64,000 nt of DNA from Myxococcales bacterium (lineage in GTDB: Bacteria; Desulfobacterota; Binatia; HRBIN30), in assembly GCA_037445065.1 (NCBI GenBank), contig JBBILD010000002.1, positions 128,001 to 192,000 of the forward strand, written 5' to 3'. A program made the position numbers and the translations under genes. How positions within the stretch are numbered: the first letter of the stretch is position 1; each line of letters starts with the position of its first letter. Of the stretch, positions 55,595 to 64,000 are shown one piece after another. The notes beneath the pieces were generated by a model. The model saw nothing but the letters and a program-made list of their open reading frames with translations, did no database searches and was not told where the DNA came from.

Positions 55595-58441
55595 ATGATA
55601 GGGATGGGCATGGGGAAGCTGTTGGCGACATACAAGAACATCGGGATGCTGGTGGCTGCTGCTTTGCTTGTTTTGACGCCTGGGCTTGGCGCCCAAGAGA
55701 CCCCGCCGGGCGGGGAAGAAGACAGCGCCAAGATCACGATGAACTTCCAGGACGTGGACATTGCCGTTTTGGTCAAGTTCATCAGCGACATCACCGGGAA
55801 GAACTTCATTGTGGATGAAAAAGTTCGCGGCAAAGTGACCATCATTTCACCCGGCAAAATCAGTGTGGACGAAGCGTACCTCGTCTTCCAGTCCGTTTTG
55901 CAGGTGAAGGGATTCACCACCGTACCGTCAGGGTCGATTATCAAGATTCTCCCGACAAAAGACGCAAAAACTTCGACCATCGACACCGTTCTTCCTGAAG
56001 CACGCCCGCAACCGCGGGACGAATACATCACGCGTTTGATTCGGCTGAAGTACGTGGACGCGAACAACATGGTGGCCATCCTGCAGCCACTAGCGTCACC
56101 TGACGGCTTGCTGGCGGCATACACGCCCACAAACACTTTGATTTTGATTGACACCGCCGCGCAGACCGATCGCTTGGCCAAGATCCTGAGCCAACTGGAT
56201 GTGGAAGGACAACAGCAGGAAATCGAAGTTGTGCGGCTGAACTATGCCTTTGCCGGGGATATCGCCGCTTTGTTGCAACAGTTACTGGAGGAGCCGACCG
56301 CGCCCGCGACGGGTGCGGCTCCTGCGACCCAACCCGGAGCGGCACCCGACGCGAGGTTGCGCCGTGGCACGGCCCCCCGGACTGGGGGCGCGGCAACGGG
56401 TTCCGCAATCAGTGGCGGTGTGACGCCGGAAAGGGCGTTCAAGATCATCCCTGACGAACGGACGAACTCGTTGATCTTAGTGGCTGGGCCGGCGGAAGCT
56501 CGGCGGATCAAGGACCTCATCGCTCGCCTGGACGTGCCCTTGCCATTAGGCACTGGGCGGATTCACGTGTACTATCTCAAGTACGCCAATGCTTTCGAAT
56601 TGATTCCTGTTTTGGCCTCTTTGGTGGGGGGAACCGGAGGAGGAATCGGCGGGTTCAGTCCGTTCGGTTTTGGTGGAATCGGTGGGCTCCGGGGAGGTTT
56701 TGGAAGTTTCGGGGGGGTGCGCGGTGGCTTCGGAGGGATCGGGGGTCTTGGCCGCTTCGGAGGAAGTAGCTTGGGGTTTGGAGGGTTTGGTGGCGGAGCA
56801 TTCGGCGGGTTTGGGGGTGGCCTCGGTTTTGGCGGAGTCGCGCCAGGCGTGGGGCTCGGTCTCGGGCAAACCGGGTTTGGCACGGCCGGGGCGTTAGCTG
56901 GGCGCCGGCCCGGACTCGCTGGTGCTACTGGTGCTGCTGGGACGGGTGCGGCGGCGGGTCAGCAAACTGAGTTCGAGGGGCAGGTTCGGATTAGTGCCGA
57001 TCCTGCAACCAATGCGCTGATCATTAACGCTTCCCCTCAAGACTTCGAGACGCTGCGCGAAGTGATCGAGAAGCTGGATGTCCGGCGTCGGCAGGTGTAC
57101 GTGGAAGCAATTATTGCCGAGGTGTCGCTTGATCTCACTCGGGAGCTGGGCATCGAGTTACAAGGTGCAACGGAAATTCCCAACGGCGTGGGTTTTGGCC
57201 GCACCAACTTGCGTGGTGACATCAATCAGCTTTTGAACCCCACCAACTTATCTGGCTTAGTGCTAGCGGCGGCAAGCTCCCAAACCGTCACGGTTAACGG
57301 AGTCACCATTCCTGCACAGCAGGCTCTTTTGCGCGCGCTGGAAAGCCGCTCCGACGCAAACATTTTGTCCGCGCCAACGGTGCTGACAACGGACAATCAG
57401 CCAGCGGAAATTGTTTCTGGACAGAACGTGCCCTTCATCGCGAGTCGGGCCACCAGTGACGTGAACTTGAGCAACACCTTTGCGACCATCGAGCGGCGGG
57501 ATGTGGGAATTACGCTGCGCCTCACTCCTCAGATCTCGGAGGGGGGGCAGGTTCGGTTGGACATCTTCCAAGAAGTCTCCGACGTGATTTCCAACGACCC
57601 GCAACTCGGCCCAACGACCACCATCCGGTCCGCCACCACAAGTGTGGTCACGCGAGACGGCCAGACGGTGGTCATCGGCGGTATCATGTTCGAAGCACGA
57701 GGGAAGAATGTGAGTAAAGTGCCCTTCTTGGGCGACGTCCCAGTGTTGGGGAATCTCTTCCGAACAGACTCCACGCGAAACCGCAAAACGAACCTGTTGA
57801 TCTTTCTGACCCCCCACATCATTCGTAACGAACGCGATCAGCGCAACGTGGCGGTAAACGAGCGGGAGCGCTTGTTGCGTCGCCCATTCGAAGAGATGGG
57901 CCAGCGACCACCCAACTGGGAACAGCTCAATACCCCGTCTTGGGAAGTTCGCCCGTCCATTGACGCTCCGGCTGAGCCTGAGGGGGAGAGCGAGAAACGG
58001 TCGCGTATTGAGATCCACCGCCCAAGTTCTGGAAACGGGGCAGGGGAGAGCACCAGGTCAAGAGCTGAAGAAAGAGGTTCTGCCAGTTTGAATTCCTCTG
58101 CGATTAGCGCGGCCCCACACAACCGTTATGTGTTGCTGGCGACGGTCTCGTCGAGCGGCAGCCCGCCGCAAAGCCTGGAAGGGAGTAATGGCCTTTTGGC
58201 GCTAGCCGTCCCCGCCTCGCTGCCACTTGCGCGTAGCTTCCAGAAGGGCCGCGTGTACCGATTCGTTGGCAATGGCTTCACGGCGAGCTACGTGTGTTTG
58301 GAGGTCTTTGAGGGTCCCAACGAGGCTTTCGCCGTGTATCCAGAGGGAATGCAAGTCAGCACGAACCCACCTAGCTTTCTGCATTGGCGTGAGCCAGTGG
58401 AGGCTTCTGTGCTCGATGACGCAAATTGGAGTGCCGGGTAG
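55595..58441 (+). CDS. gspD: Type II secretion secretin GspD with FG/Gly-rich N3 insert and C-terminal extension (start approximate)
   Basis: MNFQDVDI..ITGKNFIVD, DERTNSLI, ADPATNALII, LDVRRRQVYVEAII, VPFLGDVPVLGNLF, NLLIFLTPHII. Confidence 0.95.
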   Translation: MIGMGMGKLLATYKNIGMLVAAALLVLTPGLGAQETPPGGEEDSAKITMNFQDVDIAVLVKFISDITGKNFIVDEKVRGKVTIISPGKISVDEAYLVFQSVLQVKGFTTVPSGSIIKILPTKDAKTSTIDTVLPEARPQPRDEYITRLIRLKYVDANNMVAILQPLASPDGLLAAYTPTNTLILIDTAAQTDRLAKILSQLDVEGQQQEIEVVRLNYAFAGDIAALLQQLLEEPTAPATGAAPATQPGAAPDARLRRGTAPRTGGAATGSAISGGVTPERAFKIIPDERTNSLILVAGPAEARRIKDLIARLDVPLPLGTGRIHVYYLKYANAFELIPVLASLVGGTGGGIGGFSPFGFGGIGGLRGGFGSFGGVRGGFGGIGGLGRFGGSSLGFGGFGGGAFGGFGGGLGFGGVAPGVGLGLGQTGFGTAGALAGRRPGLAGATGAAGTGAAAGQQTEFEGQVRISADPATNALIINASPQDFETLREVIEKLDVRRRQVYVEAIIAEVSLDLTRELGIELQGATEIPNGVGFGRTNLRGDINQLLNPTNLSGLVLAAASSQTVTVNGVTIPAQQALLRALESRSDANILSAPTVLTTDNQPAEIVSGQNVPFIASRATSDVNLSNTFATIERRDVGITLRLTPQISEGGQVRLDIFQEVSDVISNDPQLGPTTTIRSATTSVVTRDGQTVVIGGIMFEARGKNVSKVPFLGDVPVLGNLFRTDSTRNRKTNLLIFLTPHIIRNERDQRNVAVNERERLLRRPFEEMGQRPPNWEQLNTPSWEVRPSIDAPAEPEGESEKRSRIEIHRPSSGNGAGESTRSRAEERGSASLNSSAISAAPHNRYVLLATVSSSGSPPQSLEGSNGLLALAVPASLPLARSFQKGRVYRFVGNGFTASYVCLEVFEGPNEAFAVYPEGMQVSTNPPSFLHWREPVEASVLDDANWSAG

Positions 58442-58450
58442 GTAACCGGA

Positions 58451-60163
58451 ATGGCGGTCGCAGTCAGCTCTTTGGAGTCGTTCTTACTCCAATACGGGCA
58501 CGTCAGCGCGGAAACGCTCGAGAAAGCTAGAGAGCGGCAACGGGACGGGAAAAACCTCGGCGACGTCCTGCTTGAGATGGGCGCCATTGATGGGGCGACC
58601 TGGGCGCGCGTGGTGGCGGACCATTACGGCCTCCCATTCTGCGACCATCTACCCGATGAGACAGCTGTGCTCGACTTGATCGAGCAGGTACCGATCAATT
58701 TTGCCAAGCGCTACTCGGTGCTGCCGGTGGCTCGCGAAGGGGACACCGTCGTGGTCGCGTGTGCAGACCCGAGTCAGATCGGCGCTTTGCACGACCTCCG
58801 CATTTTACTTGGCTGCCCGTTACGCGTGGTGGTAGCACCGGCGCAGGCAATCATCGATGCGATCAACCGAGCGTACGACACGATTACGGCTGGATCGGCA
58901 TCCGAGTTGATGGACGACCTGGATACCGAGCGGCTCGATTTGGAACTCGCTGACCTCGAGGAACCTAGGGACCTGCTCGATGCGGACGAGGAAGCACCCA
59001 TCATCCGGCTCGTGAACCAACTGATCTTCCAGGCGGTGAAAGACCGAGCAAGCGACATCCACATCGAGCCGTACGAACGGGATTTACACGTGCGCTTTCG
59101 AATCGACGGCATTCTTTACGACATCTTGTCGCCCCCGAAGCGTTTTCATCCGGTAATCATCTCGCGTGTGAAAGTAATGTCGGGGTTGAACATCGCGGAG
59201 AAGCGCCTGCCCCAAGATGGAAGAATTCGGATTCGGTTGGCTGGGAAGGACATTGATATTCGGGTCTCGATTGTACCCACCGCGCATGGGGAACGCGTGG
59301 TCATGCGGCTGTTGGACCGCGCCAGCACGTTGTTGCATCTTGAAGATTTGGGCCTCACGGGAGCGAAACTAGAAACGGTGAACCGACTCATCCGGCAGAG
59401 CCACGGCATCATCCTGGTGACAGGCCCGACCGGAAGCGGAAAAACGACGACGCTCTACGCCTGCTTGTCGAAAATCAACACGGTCGACAAAAACATCATC
59501 ACCATCGAGGATCCGGTCGAATACCAGCTAAAAGGGGTTGGCCAGATCCAGGTAAATCCGAAAATTGACTTAACGTTCGCCAGTGGGCTCCGTTCGATTC
59601 TCCGGCAGGACCCGGACGTGATCATGGTGGGCGAGATCCGCGACGTGGAAACTGCCGAAATTGCGATCCAGGCAGCGCTGACCGGTCACCTTGTATTCTC
59701 CACCCTGCACACGAACGATTCTTTCGGTGCAATGACCCGGCTGCTGGACATGGGAATCGAGCCATTTCTCGTTTCCTCCTCGGTCATTGCGGTGATGGCG
59801 CAGCGGCTCGTGCGGCGCGTGTGCGAGAACTGTCGCGTTGCGTATCGGCCCACCCGCGAAGAGATCGAAGAGATTGGCATTACTCCCCAGCAGTTAGGCG
59901 GACGAGAACTCTTCCGGCAAGGGCCCGGGTGCAGCCAGTGCAAAGGGAAGGGATATCGTGGGCGGACGGGGATTCATGAGTTACTGGTCGTGGACGACGA
60001 AATCCGTTCTCTGGTCATGAAAAACGCAGACGCGGCGTCCATTCGCCGCACTGCAACCGCGCACGGCATGAACACGCTCCGCCAAGACGGAGCAGATAAA
60101 GTACTAGCCGGAATCACTACAGTGGAGGAAGTGTTGCGCGTGACCCAGGACGATATCGTTTGA
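58451..60163 (+). CDS. gspE: Type II secretion ATPase GspE
   Basis: ASDIHIEP, RLPQDGR, GPTGSGKT, TIEDPVEY, LRQDPDVIMVGEIRD, CxxC...CxxC. Confidence 0.96.
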   Translation: MAVAVSSLESFLLQYGHVSAETLEKARERQRDGKNLGDVLLEMGAIDGATWARVVADHYGLPFCDHLPDETAVLDLIEQVPINFAKRYSVLPVAREGDTVVVACADPSQIGALHDLRILLGCPLRVVVAPAQAIIDAINRAYDTITAGSASELMDDLDTERLDLELADLEEPRDLLDADEEAPIIRLVNQLIFQAVKDRASDIHIEPYERDLHVRFRIDGILYDILSPPKRFHPVIISRVKVMSGLNIAEKRLPQDGRIRIRLAGKDIDIRVSIVPTAHGERVVMRLLDRASTLLHLEDLGLTGAKLETVNRLIRQSHGIILVTGPTGSGKTTTLYACLSKINTVDKNIITIEDPVEYQLKGVGQIQVNPKIDLTFASGLRSILRQDPDVIMVGEIRDVETAEIAIQAALTGHLVFSTLHTNDSFGAMTRLLDMGIEPFLVSSSVIAVMAQRLVRRVCENCRVAYRPTREEIEEIGITPQQLGGRELFRQGPGCSQCKGKGYRGRTGIHELLVVDDEIRSLVMKNADAASIRRTATAHGMNTLRQDGADKVLAGITTVEEVLRVTQDDIV

Positions 60164-60238
60164 GCGTTGCGCGCGGACGATCCCTTGGAGTTACGGCGAG
60201 TTTTTCGAGAGAAGTTTCGCAGAGCTGGATGATCGGCC

Positions 60239-61477
60239 ATGCCGGTGTATGCGTATCGCGGGTTTAACGCGGCGGGTCGGGCGATCGGAGGCATCGTTGA
60301 TGCGGACACGCCGAAAGGAGCCAGGCAAAAGCTCCGACGCGAGGGGATTTTCCCAACCGAACTGGTCGAGCAACAGCGACAAGTACCAAAACGTGCGGCG
60401 ACCGAGTCAACCACCTGGCAGTCTTTTACCCGTTATTTCGAGCGAATTTCTCCGGAAGAGCTGGCCCTCTTAACCCGGCAACTAGCAACCCTGGTGGGTG
60501 CCCGGGTTCCTTTGGTAGACTCGCTCTCGGCGCTCATCGAGCAGTCAGAGCACGCTCGCACAAAGCGCATCCTCTCCCAAGTTCGCGAGCAGGTGACCGA
60601 GGGCTCGTCACTTGCGGATGCTCTGAAGGCACACCCGCGGGTGTTCAGCGACTTGTACGTAAACATGGTGCGAGCCGGCGAGGCGTCGGGTGCCCTCGAG
60701 GCGGTCCTTTTGCGACTCGCGGATTACACGGAAAGTTACGCCCAACTCCGTTCGAAAGTGCGCTCGGCACTCACGTATCCGACGCTCATGGCAGTAACGG
60801 GAGCGGCGATTCTCATGTTTTTGCTAGCCTACGTCGTTCCGAAGATCACGAAGATTTTTGCCGAGAATCAGGCAACGTTGCCTCTCATGACGCGCATTCT
60901 GCTGGCGGTGAGTGGCTTTGCCCAGGAGTACTGGTGGCTGATGGTTTTTGTCCTGCTGACGGCAGGGGTCTCGGTGCAGATGAGCCGGCGCACGGAGGCC
61001 GGGCGCTTGCGATTCGACCGCTACATGTTGGCCATCCCATACCTGGGGACGCTGTTTAAAAAGGTGGCTCTTGCGCGCTTTGCGCGGACGCTCGCCACGC
61101 TTCTGAAGAGCGGTGTCAATTTGCTTACGGCGCTGGACATCGCGAAGAATGTCGTAAACAATTCCCTTCTGAGTCGGGCGATCGAAGAAGCGCGAGAAAG
61201 TATCCGGGAAGGACAAAGTATCGCGCCGCCGCTCAAGAAGAGCGGCCTGTTCCCGCCCATGCTGGTGCACATGATCGCGGTCGGGGAAAGAAGCGGGGAG
61301 CTCGAAAACATGCTGAGTAAGGCCGCCGAGGCATACGACAACGACGTATCCACTTCGGTTGCGACCATCACGAGCGTGCTCGAGCCGATGATGATTTTGT
61401 TCGGGGGGGCGGTTGTGTTGTTCATTGTGCTCGCCATCCTGTTGCCGATTTTCGAGATGAACCAGTTGGTTCGTTGA
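60239..61477 (+). CDS. gspF: Type II secretion inner-membrane platform GspF
   Basis: TRQLATLV, EGSSLADAL, AGEASG.L, ALTYP, GERSGEL, LEP. Confidence 0.96.
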   Translation: MPVYAYRGFNAAGRAIGGIVDADTPKGARQKLRREGIFPTELVEQQRQVPKRAATESTTWQSFTRYFERISPEELALLTRQLATLVGARVPLVDSLSALIEQSEHARTKRILSQVREQVTEGSSLADALKAHPRVFSDLYVNMVRAGEASGALEAVLLRLADYTESYAQLRSKVRSALTYPTLMAVTGAAILMFLLAYVVPKITKIFAENQATLPLMTRILLAVSGFAQEYWWLMVFVLLTAGVSVQMSRRTEAGRLRFDRYMLAIPYLGTLFKKVALARFARTLATLLKSGVNLLTALDIAKNVVNNSLLSRAIEEARESIREGQSIAPPLKKSGLFPPMLVHMIAVGERSGELENMLSKAAEAYDNDVSTSVATITSVLEPMMILFGGAVVLFIVLAILLPIFEMNQLVR

Positions 61478-61572
61478 CCCGTCAGGCGTTGAAGGACCCA
61501 TGTCGGCTGTTAGCCTAGCGCTCGCAATTCGTCGGTCCGTAAGTAAGGTTTCACAAGGAGGGCGAAAGGGAA

Positions 61573-61986
61573 ATGCGTCGGCTGTCCGGTTCTGCTGGCT
61601 TCACCTTGATCGAAATCATGGTGGTAGTGTTCATTCTGGGCCTGTTGGTCACCCTGGTCGCGCCGAGGATCATCGGGCGGACCGACGAGGCACGCCGAAC
61701 CAAGGCGGCCGCGGATATCAAAGCCATCGAGCAAGCGTTGAACCTCTTTAAGCTGGACAATGGGTTCTATCCAAGCACCCAGGATGGCCTGCAGGCTCTC
61801 GTCCAGCGCCCGGCAAACGCTCGCAACTGGAACCCTGACGGTTACCTGGACCAGATTCCGGTGGATCCGTGGGGCAACCCCTACGTGTATTTCTCCGACG
61901 GCACGCACATCGTGATCAAGTCATACGGGGCAGACGGTCAGGAGGGCGGCGAAGGCAAGAATGCCGACATTGACAACCGCGGCTGA
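61573..61986 (+). CDS. gspG: Major pseudopilin GspG
   Basis: GFTLIEIMVVV prepilin motif, FKLDNGFYPST.DGL.AL, DPWGNPY, SYGADG. Confidence 0.97.
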   Translation: MRRLSGSAGFTLIEIMVVVFILGLLVTLVAPRIIGRTDEARRTKAAADIKAIEQALNLFKLDNGFYPSTQDGLQALVQRPANARNWNPDGYLDQIPVDPWGNPYVYFSDGTHIVIKSYGADGQEGGEGKNADIDNRG

Positions 61987-62539
61987 CACCCGGGCTGGTT
62001 TCCGAGCGGTATGGAAGCGGGCGGACGATCGCGGTTTCACGCTCCTGGAAATCTCGTTGATCCTCTTGCTCCTGTCGGTGGTACTGGTGGTCGTGGTGCC
62101 CCGGTTCCGCGATCGCAGTCGGGTGGAGCTGTTCGCTCACGCCAACCGCTTGCAGTTGACCTACCGGCTGCTGCGTAACCAGGCCGTCCTCGACGGGGTT
62201 GCGTACCGGCTGTACTTCGATTTGGACCAGCAGCGGTACTGGGTGACGCCGGACGAACCCGGCGCCATCGAGCTGCGGCAGTTCGTTGCAAACCTTGGAT
62301 CGCTCGCACGGGGGGTGGCGCTGGAAGGGGACGTGCAGCTCTTGGACGTCAGCCTCCCGCTGGACGGAGTCAAGCTGGCACAGGGCTCCTTGTATGCCAT
62401 TTTTTACGCCGATGGCTCGGTTGATCCCACCGTGGTTCACCTGGGAACAGCGCAGGAGGCTTACACGTTGTGGTTCGACCCGCGAGCGCAAAAACTGCGG
62501 GGTCGCCTTGGTTACTGGGAGCCGAGTTATGGGCGCTGA
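61961..62539 (+). CDS. gspH: Minor pseudopilin GspH-like
   Basis: RGFTLLEISLILLLL prepilin motif; position after gspG; IFYADG. Confidence 0.8.
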   Translation: MPTLTTAADTRAGFRAVWKRADDRGFTLLEISLILLLLSVVLVVVVPRFRDRSRVELFAHANRLQLTYRLLRNQAVLDGVAYRLYFDLDQQRYWVTPDEPGAIELRQFVANLGSLARGVALEGDVQLLDVSLPLDGVKLAQGSLYAIFYADGSVDPTVVHLGTAQEAYTLWFDPRAQKLRGRLGYWEPSYGR

Positions 62540-62924
62540 TGGTGGTTGGCGAGATCGGCCGACCGGCTTCACATTACTGGAGGTCCTGGTCGCCCTTGCC
62601 GTGGTCGCCATCGCGTTCGTGACCTTACTCGGTTGGCATGCGCGTAACATTCGAACGATCGCGTACAACCAAAACCTATCTCGCGCCGTGTTGCTCACCC
62701 GCGAGCGCGCTAGCTTGGTCCAGTTCCGGGTTTTGCAAGATGGAATCGAGGGGGCCAGAAACGAGGCGGGGCCGATCGACGGCTATCCGGGTTTTTACTT
62801 TGACCAGGAGGTCTTCCCTACCGGAATCGAAGAGCTACGCCAGGTCGTGGTGCGTGTGTACTGGGACCCGCGCAATCCGTCTGCATGTGAGGTGATGTTC
62901 TTTGTTCGCGACCCGATGTTCTGA
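62529..62924 (+). CDS. gspI: Minor pseudopilin GspI
   Basis: GFTLLEVLVALAVVAIA, LRQVVVRVYW. Confidence 0.85.
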   Translation: MGADGGWRDRPTGFTLLEVLVALAVVAIAFVTLLGWHARNIRTIAYNQNLSRAVLLTRERASLVQFRVLQDGIEGARNEAGPIDGYPGFYFDQEVFPTGIEELRQVVVRVYWDPRNPSACEVMFFVRDPMF

Positions 62925-63666
62925 ACGCGCTTGCGCAGGATTCACGTTGCTCGAGCTGTTGCTGGCGATCACGATCTTCGCGATTTTCGCCACCGCGATT
63001 TATGGCGTGCTTGCGCGTACCTTAGAGGGCAAGGAACGGGCCGAAGCGAAAGCGGAGCTGTTCGCTGCGGGTCGCGATGCAGTGATGCGAATCGCAGACG
63101 ATCTAGAGCGTGCCCTTCCGCCTCTGCCGGGTAATCGCAATCAGGTTTGGTTGATTGGGGTCCCAGGGAATGACGCTGTTCCTACCGACCAAATCGGCTT
63201 TGTCATGGACGTGCGCCGAGAGCGGAGTGCGAGCGGCCGCAGAGGTGGGCGGGTGTTCGTGTCGTACCTGCTGGAACCGATGCCGGACATACCCCGTGCG
63301 TTCGCGCTGTTGCGTCACGAGGAGTTACTGCTGGATCCGCTCGCACAAGCAATGGCTGAGGGTGAAGCGGGAGCAGAAAACCAAGACACTTCTCTCGTGA
63401 ACGAGGTCTACCTGGTAGATCGCGTTGCGGGGCTGCGCTTCCGTTATTTGGATCCCGCTTCCGGCGAGTGGGTGAACGCCTGGGACACCACTGCGGCAGT
63501 TCAACCGGGTGAAGCTCCCGTCCCTCTTCCTCCGGTGGTCGAAGTGCAGCTCTTCTTGTTCGACGACACGGGAGGATATGTGGACTTCAGTACACGGGTC
63601 GATCTGCCACTGTACTCGCCACCGCCCACCCCCGCTCCAGGAGGAGTGCGTGCACCGTTGGGGTGA
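62902..63666 (+). CDS. gspJ: Minor pseudopilin GspJ
   Basis: GFTLLELLLAITIF, IADDL, LRFRYLD...W...WD, LPPVVEV. Confidence 0.85.
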   Translation: MFATRCSERACAGFTLLELLLAITIFAIFATAIYGVLARTLEGKERAEAKAELFAAGRDAVMRIADDLERALPPLPGNRNQVWLIGVPGNDAVPTDQIGFVMDVRRERSASGRRGGRVFVSYLLEPMPDIPRAFALLRHEELLLDPLAQAMAEGEAGAENQDTSLVNEVYLVDRVAGLRFRYLDPASGEWVNAWDTTAAVQPGEAPVPLPPVVEVQLFLFDDTGGYVDFSTRVDLPLYSPPPTPAPGGVRAPLG

Positions 63667-64000
63667 GCACAAGCGTGACAACGAGCGTGGGGCGGCTTTG
63701 CTGCTTGCGATCGCGGTGGTGGCTTTACTGACCATCACCGTCTCGGAGTTTTTCTTTTCGGCAGAGGTGGACTCGCGCATGGCGCGCAATTCCGTGCACA
63801 GCCTGCAAGCGTCTCTTCTGGCTCGATCCGGGATTGCCATCGGCGAGGCACTCCTTGCGAAGGATGAGGATCCAGTAACGGACTCGTTTCTAGAAGAGTG
63901 GTGCCCGGCACAAGCGAGAGAGGGCATGGCGTGTCAGATCGAAGACGGTGCCGGGCTGGTGCAGATTCCGGAGGGAATGCGCCTACGCGTCGAGATTTGG
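63650..64000 (+). CDS. gspK: Minor pseudopilin GspK (3' truncated; not in the ORF track)
   Basis: AGGAGGA SD then GTG; MHRWGEHKRDNERGAALLLAIAVV (no Glu5), QA.LLARSGI, D.F.EEW; frame open to the window end. Confidence 0.85.
   Translation, partial: MHRWGEHKRDNERGAALLLAIAVVALLTITVSEFFFSAEVDSRMARNSVHSLQASLLARSGIAIGEALLAKDEDPVTDSFLEEWCPAQAREGMACQIEDGAGLVQIPEGMRLRVEIW

Noticed and set aside
56627..56959. CRISPR array, DNA tandem repeat or assembly artefact in the G-rich gspD stretch
   Set aside because: No fixed-length DNA repeat or spacers; synonymous codons vary and the frame stays open and returns to conserved secretin sequence.

Overview
This is a GC-rich, gene-dense window of bacterial core chromosome with about 65 CDSs and one tRNA-Ala(CGC). 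I saw no CRISPR array, transposase, integrase or prophage. Gene content and the Cys-rich secreted-protein architectures suggest a deltaproteobacteria-like organism, possibly Candidatus Binatia/Binatota (inference only). In order, the window holds: metK (3' end) and ahcY; an orphan fused malonate-decarboxylase beta/gamma (MdcD-MdcE-like) gene; secreted multidomain proteases; two moeA paralogues; a PhaR-like gene with two DUF507-like genes; a secreted lipase-like module; two orphan paralogous histidine kinases; a yceD-rpmF-fabD-fabG-acpP-glyA-copC-copD run lacking plsX/fabH/fabF; a split ccm (System I) cluster with a CxxxY-type CcmE; a DHS-like gene, patatin and acyl-CoA dehydrogenase; nadB-dxr-dksA; an ECF/ZAS module; infA; a sirC-ccsA-hemACD/cobA-hemB operon; and a type II secretion cluster gspC to gspK (truncated). 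The most striking feature is the GspD secretin, which has a ~111-aa Gly-rich insert with 12 FG dipeptides in its N3 domain (reminiscent of FG-nucleoporin repeats) plus a C-terminal domain I do not recognise. All calls come from motif recognition by eye; no database searches were run.
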